Assembly: GCA_965235115.1 (NCBI GenBank)
Contig: OZ249436.1
Span: 41,356,001 to 41,420,000, forward strand
Reading direction: 5' to 3'
DNA from: Laetmonice hystrix
Lineage: Eukaryota
DNA length: 64,000 nt
Under the pieces are notes generated by a model that saw nothing but the letters and a program-made list of their open reading frames with translations, was not told the origin of the DNA and did no database searches. Positions 22,264 through 35,300 of this stretch are shown in pieces; position 1 is the stretch's first letter, and every line of letters starts with the position of its first letter. The translations under genes and the position numbers were made by a program.

Positions 22264-25200
22264 TGCTGGTTTGGTCTAAAGGAGCGGTGGTAACCAGAGG
22301 GCCTCAACCCCTCGTTGCTGACGATTGGACAGGACAGCATACAGAGCCACATATAATGCAGCATCATGCACACGTCTGTCTAAGTGTGAAATCAGGAGTC
22401 GGTGCATTCCTACCATGAAGAGAACCTCGGATAGAGCGGCCCGACCGACCGCTACCACCACCCTACTCTCTGGTTCTCCTGGGCCTGTCCGCAACCGGTT
22501 CTCATCCTATCATCCCAGTATCAGTCCAAACCTCAGGGGCGGTGGGCGAGGCGCGAGGCGGGGGGGGGGGGTAGTCTTAACACGGTTTCCAGGACGGCAC
22601 ACAGAAACAGTCAGGCATGGCCCCAGCTCGACCATTTTGTTCATTTCCTCTCTCCCTGTCTGGCCGGGTTCTCTAACCCTCTTCCCTCTCGGCGATCAAT
22701 GGGCGGCGTTGTCTTGGGATGAAGATGCTGGTTAGGCTTGAACCTAGCACATTGCCGTTCTTAGAATGCAACTGGCGAACCCTCAGAGCGTATTAATTTC
22801 TCTGGGTTTCTTTTTAAAACCAGCATACAGCTGTCGATTGAACATCAATACTACATGCAATTCAATCTAAATTAATAAAAAGATTCTTTCTTAGGAGCCT
22901 TTGGGTGAACTCTTTCACAAGGCCGATTCAAAGATTTATCGAATAGAATCTCCAAGAACTTTTATGTGTCTCAGGATGCTGAGATCGAATGCACCCGGAG
23001 GAGGCAGGTGGTTGGACTGTTGCTGCATCCGTTTGATGTCTCTCTCTTCCTCCAGGGTGGCGATGTGTCTAGCTGCTGCTATCCAAGCTTTAATCTTCCC
23101 ACGGTGAGGTCTGAGATAGGCAGGACCTGTGATGGTGCTGCTAGGATGGGAGGGTGTGAAGTCCTCGAGAATACTTGGCTAGAGCTCGGTAGACGCAGCA
23201 CGTAATTGCTCAGCAGTTTACTTAGATGGTTGCTTAGATACAGGACACCACATAATAACGGTTACAATATGTGTCTGGTTGTCAGAAACGTTCCATGTCA
23301 TGCACTAATTGGACAATCCGCCATTCGTGCGGTATTAATTATATAGCGTTGATAGACATTACCTTGGAAATCCGTATCAACAAACATCTGCAATTAGTAT
23401 ACATTTGTACTTGGGTCTTCCTTCACTGTCTATCTAACCGTGACACACCCTCCCTCATATATCTCAGATGTTACCTGCCAGATATTGGGGTCGGACAAAA
23501 ATGTCTATATCGATGCACCTGCACTGCGGTGATTAGTGTGCGTCTACTGAATGTGTGCACTCACTGCGCACTTTATCTAGGTGCACATCTCAGCATGTGA
23601 TGGCCGGGAATGAAACATATGAATCGACCAGGAAAACGTGTAATTGATTGATTGGTGGATGATTGGCAATATGCGGATGCACATTTTGGATAGTGGGATT
23701 CACACGGCCATCACGCTAGCCCCAACACGCCCTCATCCACCGCGGCTCCACTGTAACGCGTTTCGCCGCCACAAATCTCATTCCTACCACATCTCTGGCA
23801 CGACCTTCCACCGCGGGCCGCCTGCTGGCACCGCCAATTCTCCGAAAGTCATTCCGCAACTTAGTGTGGGCCGCCTCTTCATTGGCTGGCTAGACATCAG
23901 TCCCAGGGAAGGCTGACCGCAGCTCGCTCTCTCATCCAGACAGCAGGCGAGACTAGATGGACTAGTCGAAATAATCCACGACTCAAAATGACGTCATGGA
24001 AGCCACGATAACGGTAACATAAAAACGTTGACAATGTCATGCAGCCTGATGTTCTCTATATCATTGTTTATGTATGGCGAGTGTAAGTTACGAACAATGG
24101 TCACAGACCCTGGGAGAATCTAAGTGTGTAATTTTAGCCCGACCTCGTCTAAAATAAATGACTGCATCGGCTTTTACTGCGACGTCAACCTCTAATACTC
24201 CATTACTCCCTCACGTAACAATAGGCCAAATGAACGATGCTCGCTCGAGACGTCTTCTCCCACTTTTGTACTTCAAACTCGCTTCTCAAATTGAATTTCA
24301 GTTCTTTCCTTAACTACATGTATTATCGAAACACAAACTGTTGGGGCTGGCATGCTGGTCTGCAGTTTCCAATACTAGATATAGATGTAATAATAGAAGT
24401 AACACTATCAAACTTATTTCAAATGTGCACCAACCGGGCTGCAGCCTTGAGACTGATCCCCCCAACCCGAGGTCTCACACTCTGTGTAGACTAACTTGGA
24501 GCAAGATTTCCTTTACGAAGCAACACGATCCCAACCAATTTTACACACGACAAGCGCCTGGCTCTCCTCACCCAGCCTGCCCCGTGTCTGAGTACGACAC
24601 GTGTAAAAAAACACAACTAGTACAATCACCGATATGATTCTCAATTTTCATTTTTAAAAATCTTTTGGTTCGAAAGATACACCAGGACCGACAGTGACAC
24701 TATGAACTGCCTTTTTTTTTATTATAAATATTTCAATACTTTACTTCGTCTGTGTTAAGACAGCCTCTCTGGTTGCATCTCATTTACCGGTATCTATGAA
24801 AGAGGTCTAATCAGACTAATGGAGGAATGTCAAGAAAATACTATATATGTCGTTCCTAGAACTTAAAACATGTATAGAATAATACGTCTCCATGGAGATT
24901 TCATTTTCATCTTTTGTGTCCTAATTACCCTGACGAGGCCCCAGATCTAGAATATTTCTAACCTTTTCATTATGCTGAATGATTTGTGACTTGATTTATG
25001 AGGCTGCGAATTCCACAGAATGTAATATTTATTTTTTGGTTTAGCATATTTCATTGCAATATATTGAACTCCCCTGAATCGTCAGAATACATTTGCATCC
25101 CACAGAGTGCAGCCACACAACTGTAACTGAAAGTGAAGAGCAATAAACTAATTTCCTTATCTACTGCTTCAAGTTTGGCCATATGGAATCAAACCATTTT

Positions 25201-27053
25201 GAGACACTTGATATTGAGACCTTGTCTTTACTCTGTGATTCCTAATTTCAAGCTGCAGCTAATCACCGTACTAATATCACCAGAAACCGAAATATTTCAG
25301 CAGAGTAATTTAGCGACCCATTACATCCTTCCAGGCTTCCTTAATTGACAGGCGCCATATATTTTCATGTTTTGCGCTGCACTTGCCTTCTCTCCCCCAT
25401 GGAAATCCAACACAATTTCCTTTGGGCGTCTCCCTCATAACAACATGATTCCATGTGTCTTTCCTCCGTGGCCTGTACGAGTTCGTCGTAAGCCGGGAGC
25501 CAAGACAATGGTCTGATCCCTGTCTGCGTGCTGGGCCCTCCACAAGTTGTGCGTCCATCCATCAAACGACCACATCCTGAGGCGAGGCCAACCTCCAATA
25601 ACAACACACCGCGTTTCAATCCAATAAGCTCCCCGTGAAAAGCAGGCAAGCATTCTCTGACTTTTCCAATTGTTTTCCCCGTCCGGATCAATGCTGTGGC
25701 CATTTTCTTCTCGTCGTAAAGCATCAGGCAGGACAGGAATTGACAATCTGTGGTGACGCGGTTATGACTTCCAGATTGCATTGTTCATGGCTCGACAGCA
25801 CTCACTGCCAAAGGTATCAAGTCCTCCATGTATAATTCGGACTAACCTGCCAATGTCGGAACTCTCCCGCTGCCGCCAAGCCCCCCCCCCCTCCAAACTA
25901 CGTGAATACTGGCTAGATACTCTTTCTTTCTTCTTTTAGGCGAGGGCCACTCAACTTAGGGTACTGTCACTGGGCGTGTGAGCAGTTTTCCAGCGGAACG
26001 AATGCGATTTTTCGTCACATGTCAACTGCAAAGTTGAAAGGCCGTTTTTATCGAGCAGGCGAATCAAACGCGTGAACGGTCTGGACTGTCACTGATTGGT
26101 AAAATCCTGTTGAAACGGCTCCAAACAATCTTTTAATTTCAGTGTGAGAACGTAATGGAAAACCGATCAGAGTACTTGCCTCAAGGTCATAAGTAAGGGA
26201 AAAACAAAATTGCTATAATTAGCCCCTGCCTGTCTACATCATCAAACAGGGTGAAGGGCTATTGATAGGTGATGGTAACGTATTCTGATCGGGGGCCATT
26301 TATGTCATGAACTAACCTACCGGCAGGATTTGCCTCCAAATGCAACCTTTAATTGAACAAGCGCACACTTTGATGCCAGTTAGAACTTGGCATGGTAATG
26401 TCTTCAACATGGTCTCATGGAAGGCCAAAGAAAAATTAGAATCATAAATAATATGAAAAATTAGGGACGTGTCAAAACTTAATTGACGCAGTAATGTTCG
26501 GTGTTGGCACGTGATCATGCATAGCATATGATTCAACGTAAGAAAGCGGTATTCTGAACACCACCTTCACAGCATGAAGAAGCTTCGGCAATGTTTTTTT
26601 CAGATACAAATGTATGTTTCAAAACTAAGTTTAAGTCAAATTTCTCACGTAAGATGAAACACATACGAGCTCTTTTATATGGCAGTTGTATAGGTGACAG
26701 CAGCAATTATTCCAAGGCGTGTCTCTGGCCATTTTTAAAAAGTTGATAATGTACACGAACGATGTGAGAAATTATGCTGAAAGAAACAATCTTGCTGTTA
26801 GTGTACAGTTCCATGAAATGAGACGTCAGTTCTGGGCTACGCGAACCCCAAGCCTCGTTATGGATCGTTCTGCGACGATTAATCACATCATGGCTGCCCT
26901 TACTGGGGGTGGAGCGGGGGAGGCACTGGGATACACCCTCACCCCATCCATCATCGGATGTCCTCACCCGATTGGCCCGTAATAGGGTTCACCAAACACC
27001 CCCCCCCCCCCCCCCCCCCAATCTCAGGAGGCGGTGATACTTGAAGGCAGGAA

Positions 27054-28228
27054 CAGGGATGAAAGTGGCCAGCTGTAAAATTTCCTGAAATTCTGACCGG
27101 GGGGAGCGGCGGGGGCCAATGTCCATAATTAATATTTGTTCATGCGCACATCCAAGGCTTACCCCCCCCCCCCTTAAAAAAAGTCAGGCTAGGAACAGCA
27201 GACAATCATGATCCAATAAGGCCTCCTAGCTATTATATATTATAGGGCCTAGCCCTCAGTATTTAGTCCCTCAGCAGTCACGCGGCTCTCAGCCAAGCAA
27301 CACAGTCGCTGAGTCGAGTGGTTCAGCCCGTGTGTCCATGTGCCACTCATGTTGTTGTGAAAATTGTCACTTCCGGTCTTATCAGGACACCTGCACTGAT
27401 CGACAAATGTAATGAAAAGTCCTGACAACCCCAAAAGTTCAGTGAAAACCACTTACGTAATGCCATTATCCTCAAATTTATATGCAAGAAAACATTATGA
27501 GAACTTACTGACATATATACTAGGCAGATTCATAGAACTAAATTGACCCAGTTTCCTGTGAGGAGTGACACTGTGATGGTGCGTAGTTCGTCAGCCTAAT
27601 CACTATCACCGGGACTAGACAGACCGGTCTGTCTATAGTCTCGTTGCTATCACTAAGTGAGCGCTCAGGCAAAACTCGCGCATGGATATGGCATAATGGC
27701 AAGCCTGAATCAACGGGCTTCGCAGCTGCCTGACCATCAGTTTTGCCTGAAGTCATTACCTGAGGTGAGTCGCTCTCACCACAGCGACACGGGGCCGTGC
27801 CTGCCAGACGGGACAGACGCCACCGCGTGCCGGTAGAAGTCAGCCCACGCGGGCCGGTCTATGTGAGCGATGTGACCACAGCTACAGGGACCGCAGGCGG
27901 TACACCAGCCTATGCACGGCGGCACCCGTGACACTGGACGGGTTTGAGACACTCTAATATCCCCATCTATAAACGAACTTTGGCAGGTAGAGATATATTG
28001 AGCTGCATGGTGTTAAAAAACGTCCTGGAAGGGGATATTGTTTCATTTGATATTAACAAATAAAATTGCCCACCACACAGTCCAGGGCAATACTTAGCCT
28101 TGGCTTAGGCCTACCTCTTTTGCCTATAGATCTAGGCCTATTTCCTTTTTTGGGTGTTATTTCTTGGGGGGGGGGGATTTTTTCAAATTTCCTGATTTCA
28201 GGAAATTTCCTGAAAACTTTCATCCCTG
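27054..28228. mobile_element. Non-autonomous TIR DNA transposon (hAT-like, 6-bp TSD), copy 2, 1175 bp
   Basis: Same 13-bp TIR and orientation as copy 1. TSD caggaa at 27048-27053 and 28229-28234. Lacks ~272 bp corresponding to 5211-5482 of copy 1. Confidence 0.95.
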
Positions 28229-30328
28229 CAGGAAACTCAACTGCTCATCCCCCAGCAGTTATCTGAGAATTTATATGAATCCTGATGAGGGCAGCAGTCC
28301 CGGGCTTAATGTTCCCTTTGGCGACCAAACCTTTCATAAACCACCTACATTATACCCGGCTGCGACCTCTGACATTTTCATTCAAATGAACAGGCGAGTC
28401 TATACGCGGCCACTGTAAACGTGGGGACCACTGATACAATAACTTCAAGGTGTATACATGTACCGCAAACTAAATCTAAGCACTACCTCCTTGTGCATTC
28501 CCCTCCCTCGGGAAGCGGCTCAGACGCTGCGGTTTTTGTAGCAGAAAAGATTGGCGACAGCATCCCTGGTCAGAGACCCTTGCGGGAGTGAGCCAGCTGA
28601 GCCCTGCATCCCACGCCACCAAGACGTCTCTGTGAACGCTGCCTCCACCAGACATTATCTCCAGCATCCAGTCTCTGACAGAGTTCACCCCCATCTATCA
28701 ACCACATCCACGGTCACCAGAGCCTTCACAACTCCTGCTAGTGAAACTCCTTGAATCCCAAAACAGACCTGATAATCCTGCAAGTCACAACTGAATACTT
28801 CATGGCTTCTAAAGATGGATACCTTCCACCAGATGCCACCCTGGCTGGTGGAAGAGAAAAAAAAAGCATGTTGAAATCATAGCAGTTAGTTATAATATTC
28901 AACCCTAGCATGGCCACATGTGAAATGTGACACTGAGAGTCTAGCTCGTCCTTTGATGACTGAAATGAAACCAGAACTGTACGTAAGCCAAGCTGCCCTT
29001 TACAGACTTGGCAACAGAACTGTGCTAGCTTTGACTGAAATCATGAGAGACCCCCGACTTTTACAGTCTGTCCATGACAGATCTGGCAACAGAACCCAAA
29101 CTTGGCCGGGTTGTAAACCCATCAAGACATCGGCTACCTTGGCCATTCTTACTGCGGATAAACTGAAACACTATTCGACATAACGGGCTTCAAAATTAAA
29201 TATCTCTCAAAAAATCAAGCGAAAAGAAACATTTCCCGAATCTGTTCTTAACTCTGCACAAATACGACTCATGCATTCATTGAGGGTTTGAATTCTCTAA
29301 GCGCTCTGGTTATTTGCTTACCGTCACAGTGTATATTTACGGTTTTTGGAGAAGGTCTGTTCCAGCAACATCAATCTCAGCACGGCTGTCTCTACTTTGC
29401 CATGCTCACTGCACATTTATATTTACACTGCTTCTAACGCCATACAACACCCACAGGGTGGAAACGGAAGATGGCAGATAGTGCCTCCTGCCTCATTCAT
29501 CAGCCCGCTCTTGGGTCATAGGTCAAATCTTTTGAGCTTCCTATTGCTAGAATCCATCCATATGTATGACAGTAAATCTTCAAATATGTTCAGTGTACTC
29601 CTTGGAGACGGGAAGAAGCTACGGTCTCTGGTAGGTAGGATTTTTTTCCTGTTGCAATAAGTGTTTATGAAGTATCTTTTTTATATTTTAATTGGGAAAC
29701 CAGATTTCATAACTAACATTGTGGGGATCTAATGGTCCTAATGAACAAACAGCGAGGGAAGTCTTTACCAGTACATATGTACAGATAGTGGAAAAAGGCT
29801 CAGTAAAATATAGCTGTTACTTTTATGGGAAAATCTGGAGCTATACGCAAGAACATTTTAATTTATACTCTGCACTGGTGTAAGAATACTAAGATCCCAA
29901 ATAAAGTTCAAAAGAGGGGAGTTGCTATTAAAATTCTGGTAAATTATGTCCATTTATCGTTATCACTCTAAATCAAGTTACTATAGATGCCTACAGGTTA
30001 ATCTAAGGCTATGCCAGTGTGTGCAAACATCTTGGCAAGCTGGGCAGGAAAGACGGCCACAACCCTGGTTAATACAGGTCCCGACAGACCGACTATCCGG
30101 CACACCGCCAACTCCGTTTCTTTCAGGTGTTGGACAAACACCCACGGCCCTTGACCATAAACAAATACCCCGCCACCGAATGAATGACATGGCTTAGCTC
30201 TCAACCGTCCGAGCTTCTTGAAGGTAAGACAACGACAGCTGACAACTACCGCTGACCGGAGTTATCGGTCACAAAGGGCGAGAGGTTGACGGTTTCTGGC
30301 TCGAATATACTGACGGGCCTCCGTTTAA

Positions 30329-30667
30329 AGGGAGGGAAAACCTACACGGCAAATAAGGTTTCGTAGACCAAATGAAAGACCAGCATTTACCTCGGGGCAA
30401 TAAATGCCACCATTACGTTGTCTGAATGAAGTAATTAACGTGTAACCGCCCGATGTGTGATGACGCTGGTTCTTACCTTGCCCTGCTGGTGAGTTCATCA
30501 CCTCAAACGTTTACAAAGACTGGGACTCCAAACATCGTGTAGACAAGGTCTGTGAGCAGAGTAACACGTAATGTTACGCAATATGCCGTGGTGTGCAGCA
30601 TTCGGCTGTGATGAACACACAAGCAGGGAATGGTAAGAACCAGCGGCCGTGTGGGTTTCCCCTCCCT
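30329..30667 (+). mobile_element. Kolobok-like non-autonomous element, 339 bp, TTAA TSD
   Basis: ttaa|agggagggaaaacctacacggc ... gccgtgtgggtttcccctccct|ttaa (22-bp TIR, 2 mismatches). AG termini plus TTAA fit Kolobok. Retains a THAP-like start MPWCAAFGCDEH at 30583. Confidence 0.85.
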
Positions 30668-32280
30668 TTAAAGTTTGCCAGAATGTCTTTTCATTTCATA
30701 GCACATTGTTGCAATCATCTCTACCAAATTTGTGAAAATTGACAAACCATTCCATGTCAAATAACACCAAATTACTGCTCGTTCCTGATGTAACGGGTTG
30801 TGAAAAATGGATTAGTTATCTCGAAGGCATCTAAATCAGTCGTGTCATAATCACATGACCACGATTACGATCACACTATATTTGGTGCACGTCGTGCCAA
30901 GAGTCTTACGTAATCGACCACCAACAGCGCCAGCCAGGGGGAGCTTCACAAGTAAGCTCTTGGGAGTTGGAGCTGCAGTCGCCTGTTTATAGACCATAGA
31001 AATTCAGCCAAATAATGCGGCCAATATAATATTAGCTTTGAGAATATGATAGGTCCAGAAATTTCTAGGAAACACCAATAATCTACGCAGTTAGACTTGG
31101 GCAGGCTTCAAGCAAATCCACATGGTTTTAGTTTTGTACTATTACACATTTATTACCTCTATTTCAAAATCACCTTTGATGTTACCACAAGGCGTCAAAT
31201 GGTTCGCAATGTTTGCGCGACCGTCTTATGTATGTATTTGCTTAAAGTAAAACCGAATTTGAAATTCAATTCTTGGTAGTTGCTAATCATTTCCCCAATT
31301 GATTAGCAAATATTTCTAATCATATTTTCAAATTATTTTGCACTTTGTCACCAATAGAGGGAATTGTTCGTAAATGCTGGAAGCAACAAAAAATTGGCCA
31401 TAAAAAGGTGGTTAATTCAGAGACTGAAGTACGCGTAGAAACCCCCCACCTGCAGCACGGAAAATAATCTTCACTAAAGATGGGGTTTTATCTAGACTGA
31501 ACAAGTTTTACAGCCTGTATCCTCGCCCTGAATATGTGCGCAGGGAATAAAACCGCCACACTCTCATGCCCCATGCCTCTTGGATATCATATATATCCCT
31601 GCATCAGTTATTACAAGGACTGCGTACGTAACGTCCACGGGCACAACATTTTACCATTTCGGCTACAGTACCTGGAAACTGCTACAGAAATATAATTATA
31701 CCGCGCTATTACCTGATAATAGACATAAACATGTACACTCATTTTCTACTAACAAATTCTTGTAAATAATTCAGACCGAATCTCTGTAGTTTTTTTTTGG
31801 TCGTCTTCTTCTTAATCAGCCAGGCCGCCTACTCATTCATGATGTATATATATTAGTCTATGAAACGAAACGAACTGAGTAAATAAGGGTTCATTATACC
31901 ATGTCGGGCGACCAATCTCAAATGTTGCCCTAATAGGCTAATAGTGTACATGTTCTCTACAGACCCCCTCCCTATATCTATGTTAGTTTGTTCACTCGCC
32001 AAGGGACGGTTAATGCCTTCACAATATTTTCTGTCGCCTGGTAAAACTACTAGTACTTGATAAGCCGGCCCTCGAGCCAAATTATCTGCTGAATGTGAAT
32101 GCTGATGATTTGTACTCTCCCTAATAGAATTTACATAAAAGATGAGGATTAATGAATGAGCCCCGAGGTAGCATCATCAGATTCTATACTTTTATGCCAC
32201 TTTTCTTCTCGAAAGCAAACATTGCTCGTGTCCTTCCTAATACAATTCCAGTTGGTAAAAGATGTCAGAGAATTAATTTA

Positions 32281-32390
32281 AGAGAGACCGGGCGAACGAG
32301 AGCGAGAGAGAAAGCGAGAGCGAGAGACACAGCGAGAGAGACGAGAGAGAGACTGATAGAGCCAAAGAGAGACAGACACAGAGAGATTAG
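32281..32390. repeat. Degenerate GA-rich microsatellite
   Basis: Runs of gagagc/gagaga/gagaca. Confidence 0.7.
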
Positions 32391-35300
32391 AATGGACACA
32401 GAGCCGAACATGAAATATTTTCAGACCCCAAAGCGATCCTAATGCCTAAAACAAAGTTTTATAACATACCAAGACAATTTATCTAAAAGCACACTCGAAA
32501 CAAAGGCCATAAATTGAATCTTGAGCTGTACAATAATTGGGAGAAGTCATTAGAAAAAGGACTGTTGTGTTCACATTTCTGTGGCAAATGCAATCAAGTA
32601 GTCCCTAAAGATTTGTTGGTGGTGTACCCTGCAATGCAGTACCGCTGATATTCCGGCAGAGGACCCGACCCAATTCACTAAAAGACCTGGGCAAGCTAGG
32701 ACACCTAGCACTTGACGTAACGTCATAGCCCTTGACGTAACGTCATCAACCTATCAAAATGCTACATGAGAGAACAAACTACCCTACATGGTCATGCAAC
32801 CTTCTAGAACATTGCCGATAATGACACCAAGTTGACTGTCCACAGTCCAGGTGAATGCCCGATCGAGAATAACATTGCCTTATGAAGGAAAAACATCTCG
32901 TGACGACAATTTTCTCATTGGCGCAAATTCCACATCAGTACATGCAGTAATGCCACTTTTGCTGGTTAGGAAAAAATGACTTAGGAAATTGGACGCAATC
33001 CAGAATCGTTCACTGCATTAGGTTTCTTGGACGTTGGCGTTGCTACTTCTGATTTTATTCAGGAGGTACGTCAATTAATGGAACAAATTTTAATACAATT
33101 TTAAAAGAGGCCTTTCAGGACATTGACAAATTAATTTCTCATGTATGACAAATGTTCGACATTTAAAAAAGGCTAGCAGACGATTGGATTATCATAATGT
33201 AACATATTACATTTGCAAAAAGGATAAAACTGCCAAGAAAGGTGTCAATTCTGGTATTTCAAGAAAGCCATATGTGAGTGAACTTCAAGCAACTTGCCCT
33301 CTTACACTCCACTTGATAGCAGTGGCCAGAGAAATATATGTGCAAGGAATAAGGTGATCACTCACTGCTGAGACACTGCCTATTCCACAGCGAGCAGACA
33401 TTTTGATCACATCAGTCTGCCTTTCTAAAGTTATCATTGAATCAGCTCTACGAGCCTGCCCCTGGCAGCCTGTCTACCACCTAAATATATGAAAAGTCAA
33501 CCATATCGACATTGCTGATCTTTTTTCCTCAGCGGAACTCCGACATCATCATTTAAAATTATTTACTGCCAACAATACTGTGGTCCAGAAACTAGATACA
33601 TAAGTAAATCAATATTCATTCACTTGAAAATGAAGGCTAAAAATAAAATACCCCTTTACGAGATTTACTGTCAAAATGGAGAGAGATAATCAAAACAGAA
33701 TATTTACAGTAATTGCAATACCTTGCACACACCCAAAGGGAGTTTCATATCTCAGTGCCTTTAAGGCAGAGAACTGGTCTGCCTGAGGAATTTTGATTTA
33801 ACTTAGTTGAGGATTTGGAAAAGATTTATGTGAAACATCTGTTCTTTAAATCCCTTGTGTTGTTTAATTGTCACACGCCATGTTTTCCAGGCCCCAGTGA
33901 AATTTGTCTATTGGACTGCTGAGATTTCGAAGGAGTTTCAACACTGCACACTACCAGAACACTTTGGGAGATATAACCCTCATGCATCTCCAATCCCGAC
34001 TATGATAGCATTCAGCCTCAAAATATTGATCTATTTCCTGGGTGGCACATAAGGAAAAGGTGCTTGAATATGAAGTGAATATGTTGGCGCTGTTGACGCC
34101 TGCAGGCCTATAGTGTTCATGAAGCCTAGTTGGCCTCCTACAAGGCCCGCCATCAAATGGTCCGATAACCTGCAGAAAGGGGTTCCATGGCGTGCCCCCC
34201 AGCATTGAGCGACATAATCGTATCTGCATGGCCAACACCGAGGGTTCTCTAGCTCCAGCTCCAAAGACCGGTAAGCTTCAAAGGGTTCTGATTGCAGACC
34301 TGTTGGCAGTTACACCCAATGGTCCATACAAAGACCGAGCCAATGCTGGCACAGTCAGGCCCCGAGCAGCACATAAAGTATTGCAAAAGGCTTCAATTCG
34401 AATTCTCTCGCTGCACCATCCCACACAAAAACCCACCCCGCCGGGACCGCAGTAGCGGGTCCAAATGACGTTACCTGCTCCTCACTACCGACTGTCTCCT
34501 TCCACACTGAAGGCAGTTCCACCAGTCCTTATGATCACACAGGTCATGCCGACACGCTGGCCGGAGGAGAATTTCGCGCTAATGATCACAATCCTTTTAT
34601 TGGCTGTGAGCGGCAATTCACGGGTGCATGATGACCACGTGATTAGACTAAACATGAGAGCCTGCCTGGAGCACCAGGTCCGCGTCTACTTCATCATGAC
34701 GTAAAACAACGACCACGTGACAGAGTCGGAGGAAAGAGACCCTACGAATAACACCGGCCACACGCGCCAATACTGATCAATACCTCTACAAAAGAAATCG
34801 TGACAGCAGCAGGTCTGTCCACCAACATCGCATCGACTTGTATCGTTTGTCCAGTTTGTGCAAGCTACCAAGATTTCTATCCCTCCCCCCTCCACCCCCA
34901 ACTTTGCCACCACACAGACTGGCCACCGGCTACACCAACTGGCAGCTGACAGGGACAAATTTCTCTCCTCACACTAACCATTGCTAAGTGAGTCTAAACC
35001 ACTATCGATTTCCTGCTCTATCTCTACGAGGCATGCCACAAACCTCCCGACAAATTGGGTTGTCAGAAGCAGTCAGCCCTTCTTGTCTCCTGAAGCAGTC
35101 TTTCATGTACTTAAAAACTAGCGTTCTCACTTGCTCAATATTTGGCTTTGCTACTTTGAAGCGATGTTTCACTGAAAGCTTTCGACAGGCAAATTGTAAA
35201 ATAAAATTACCTTAGTCATGTAAAGTTTTCGGTGCTCCCTTAAAGGGTCTGTAAAATTGAGTGTCTCTACTATTGAAACAAGCGAAGGACTCCGTGAAGA

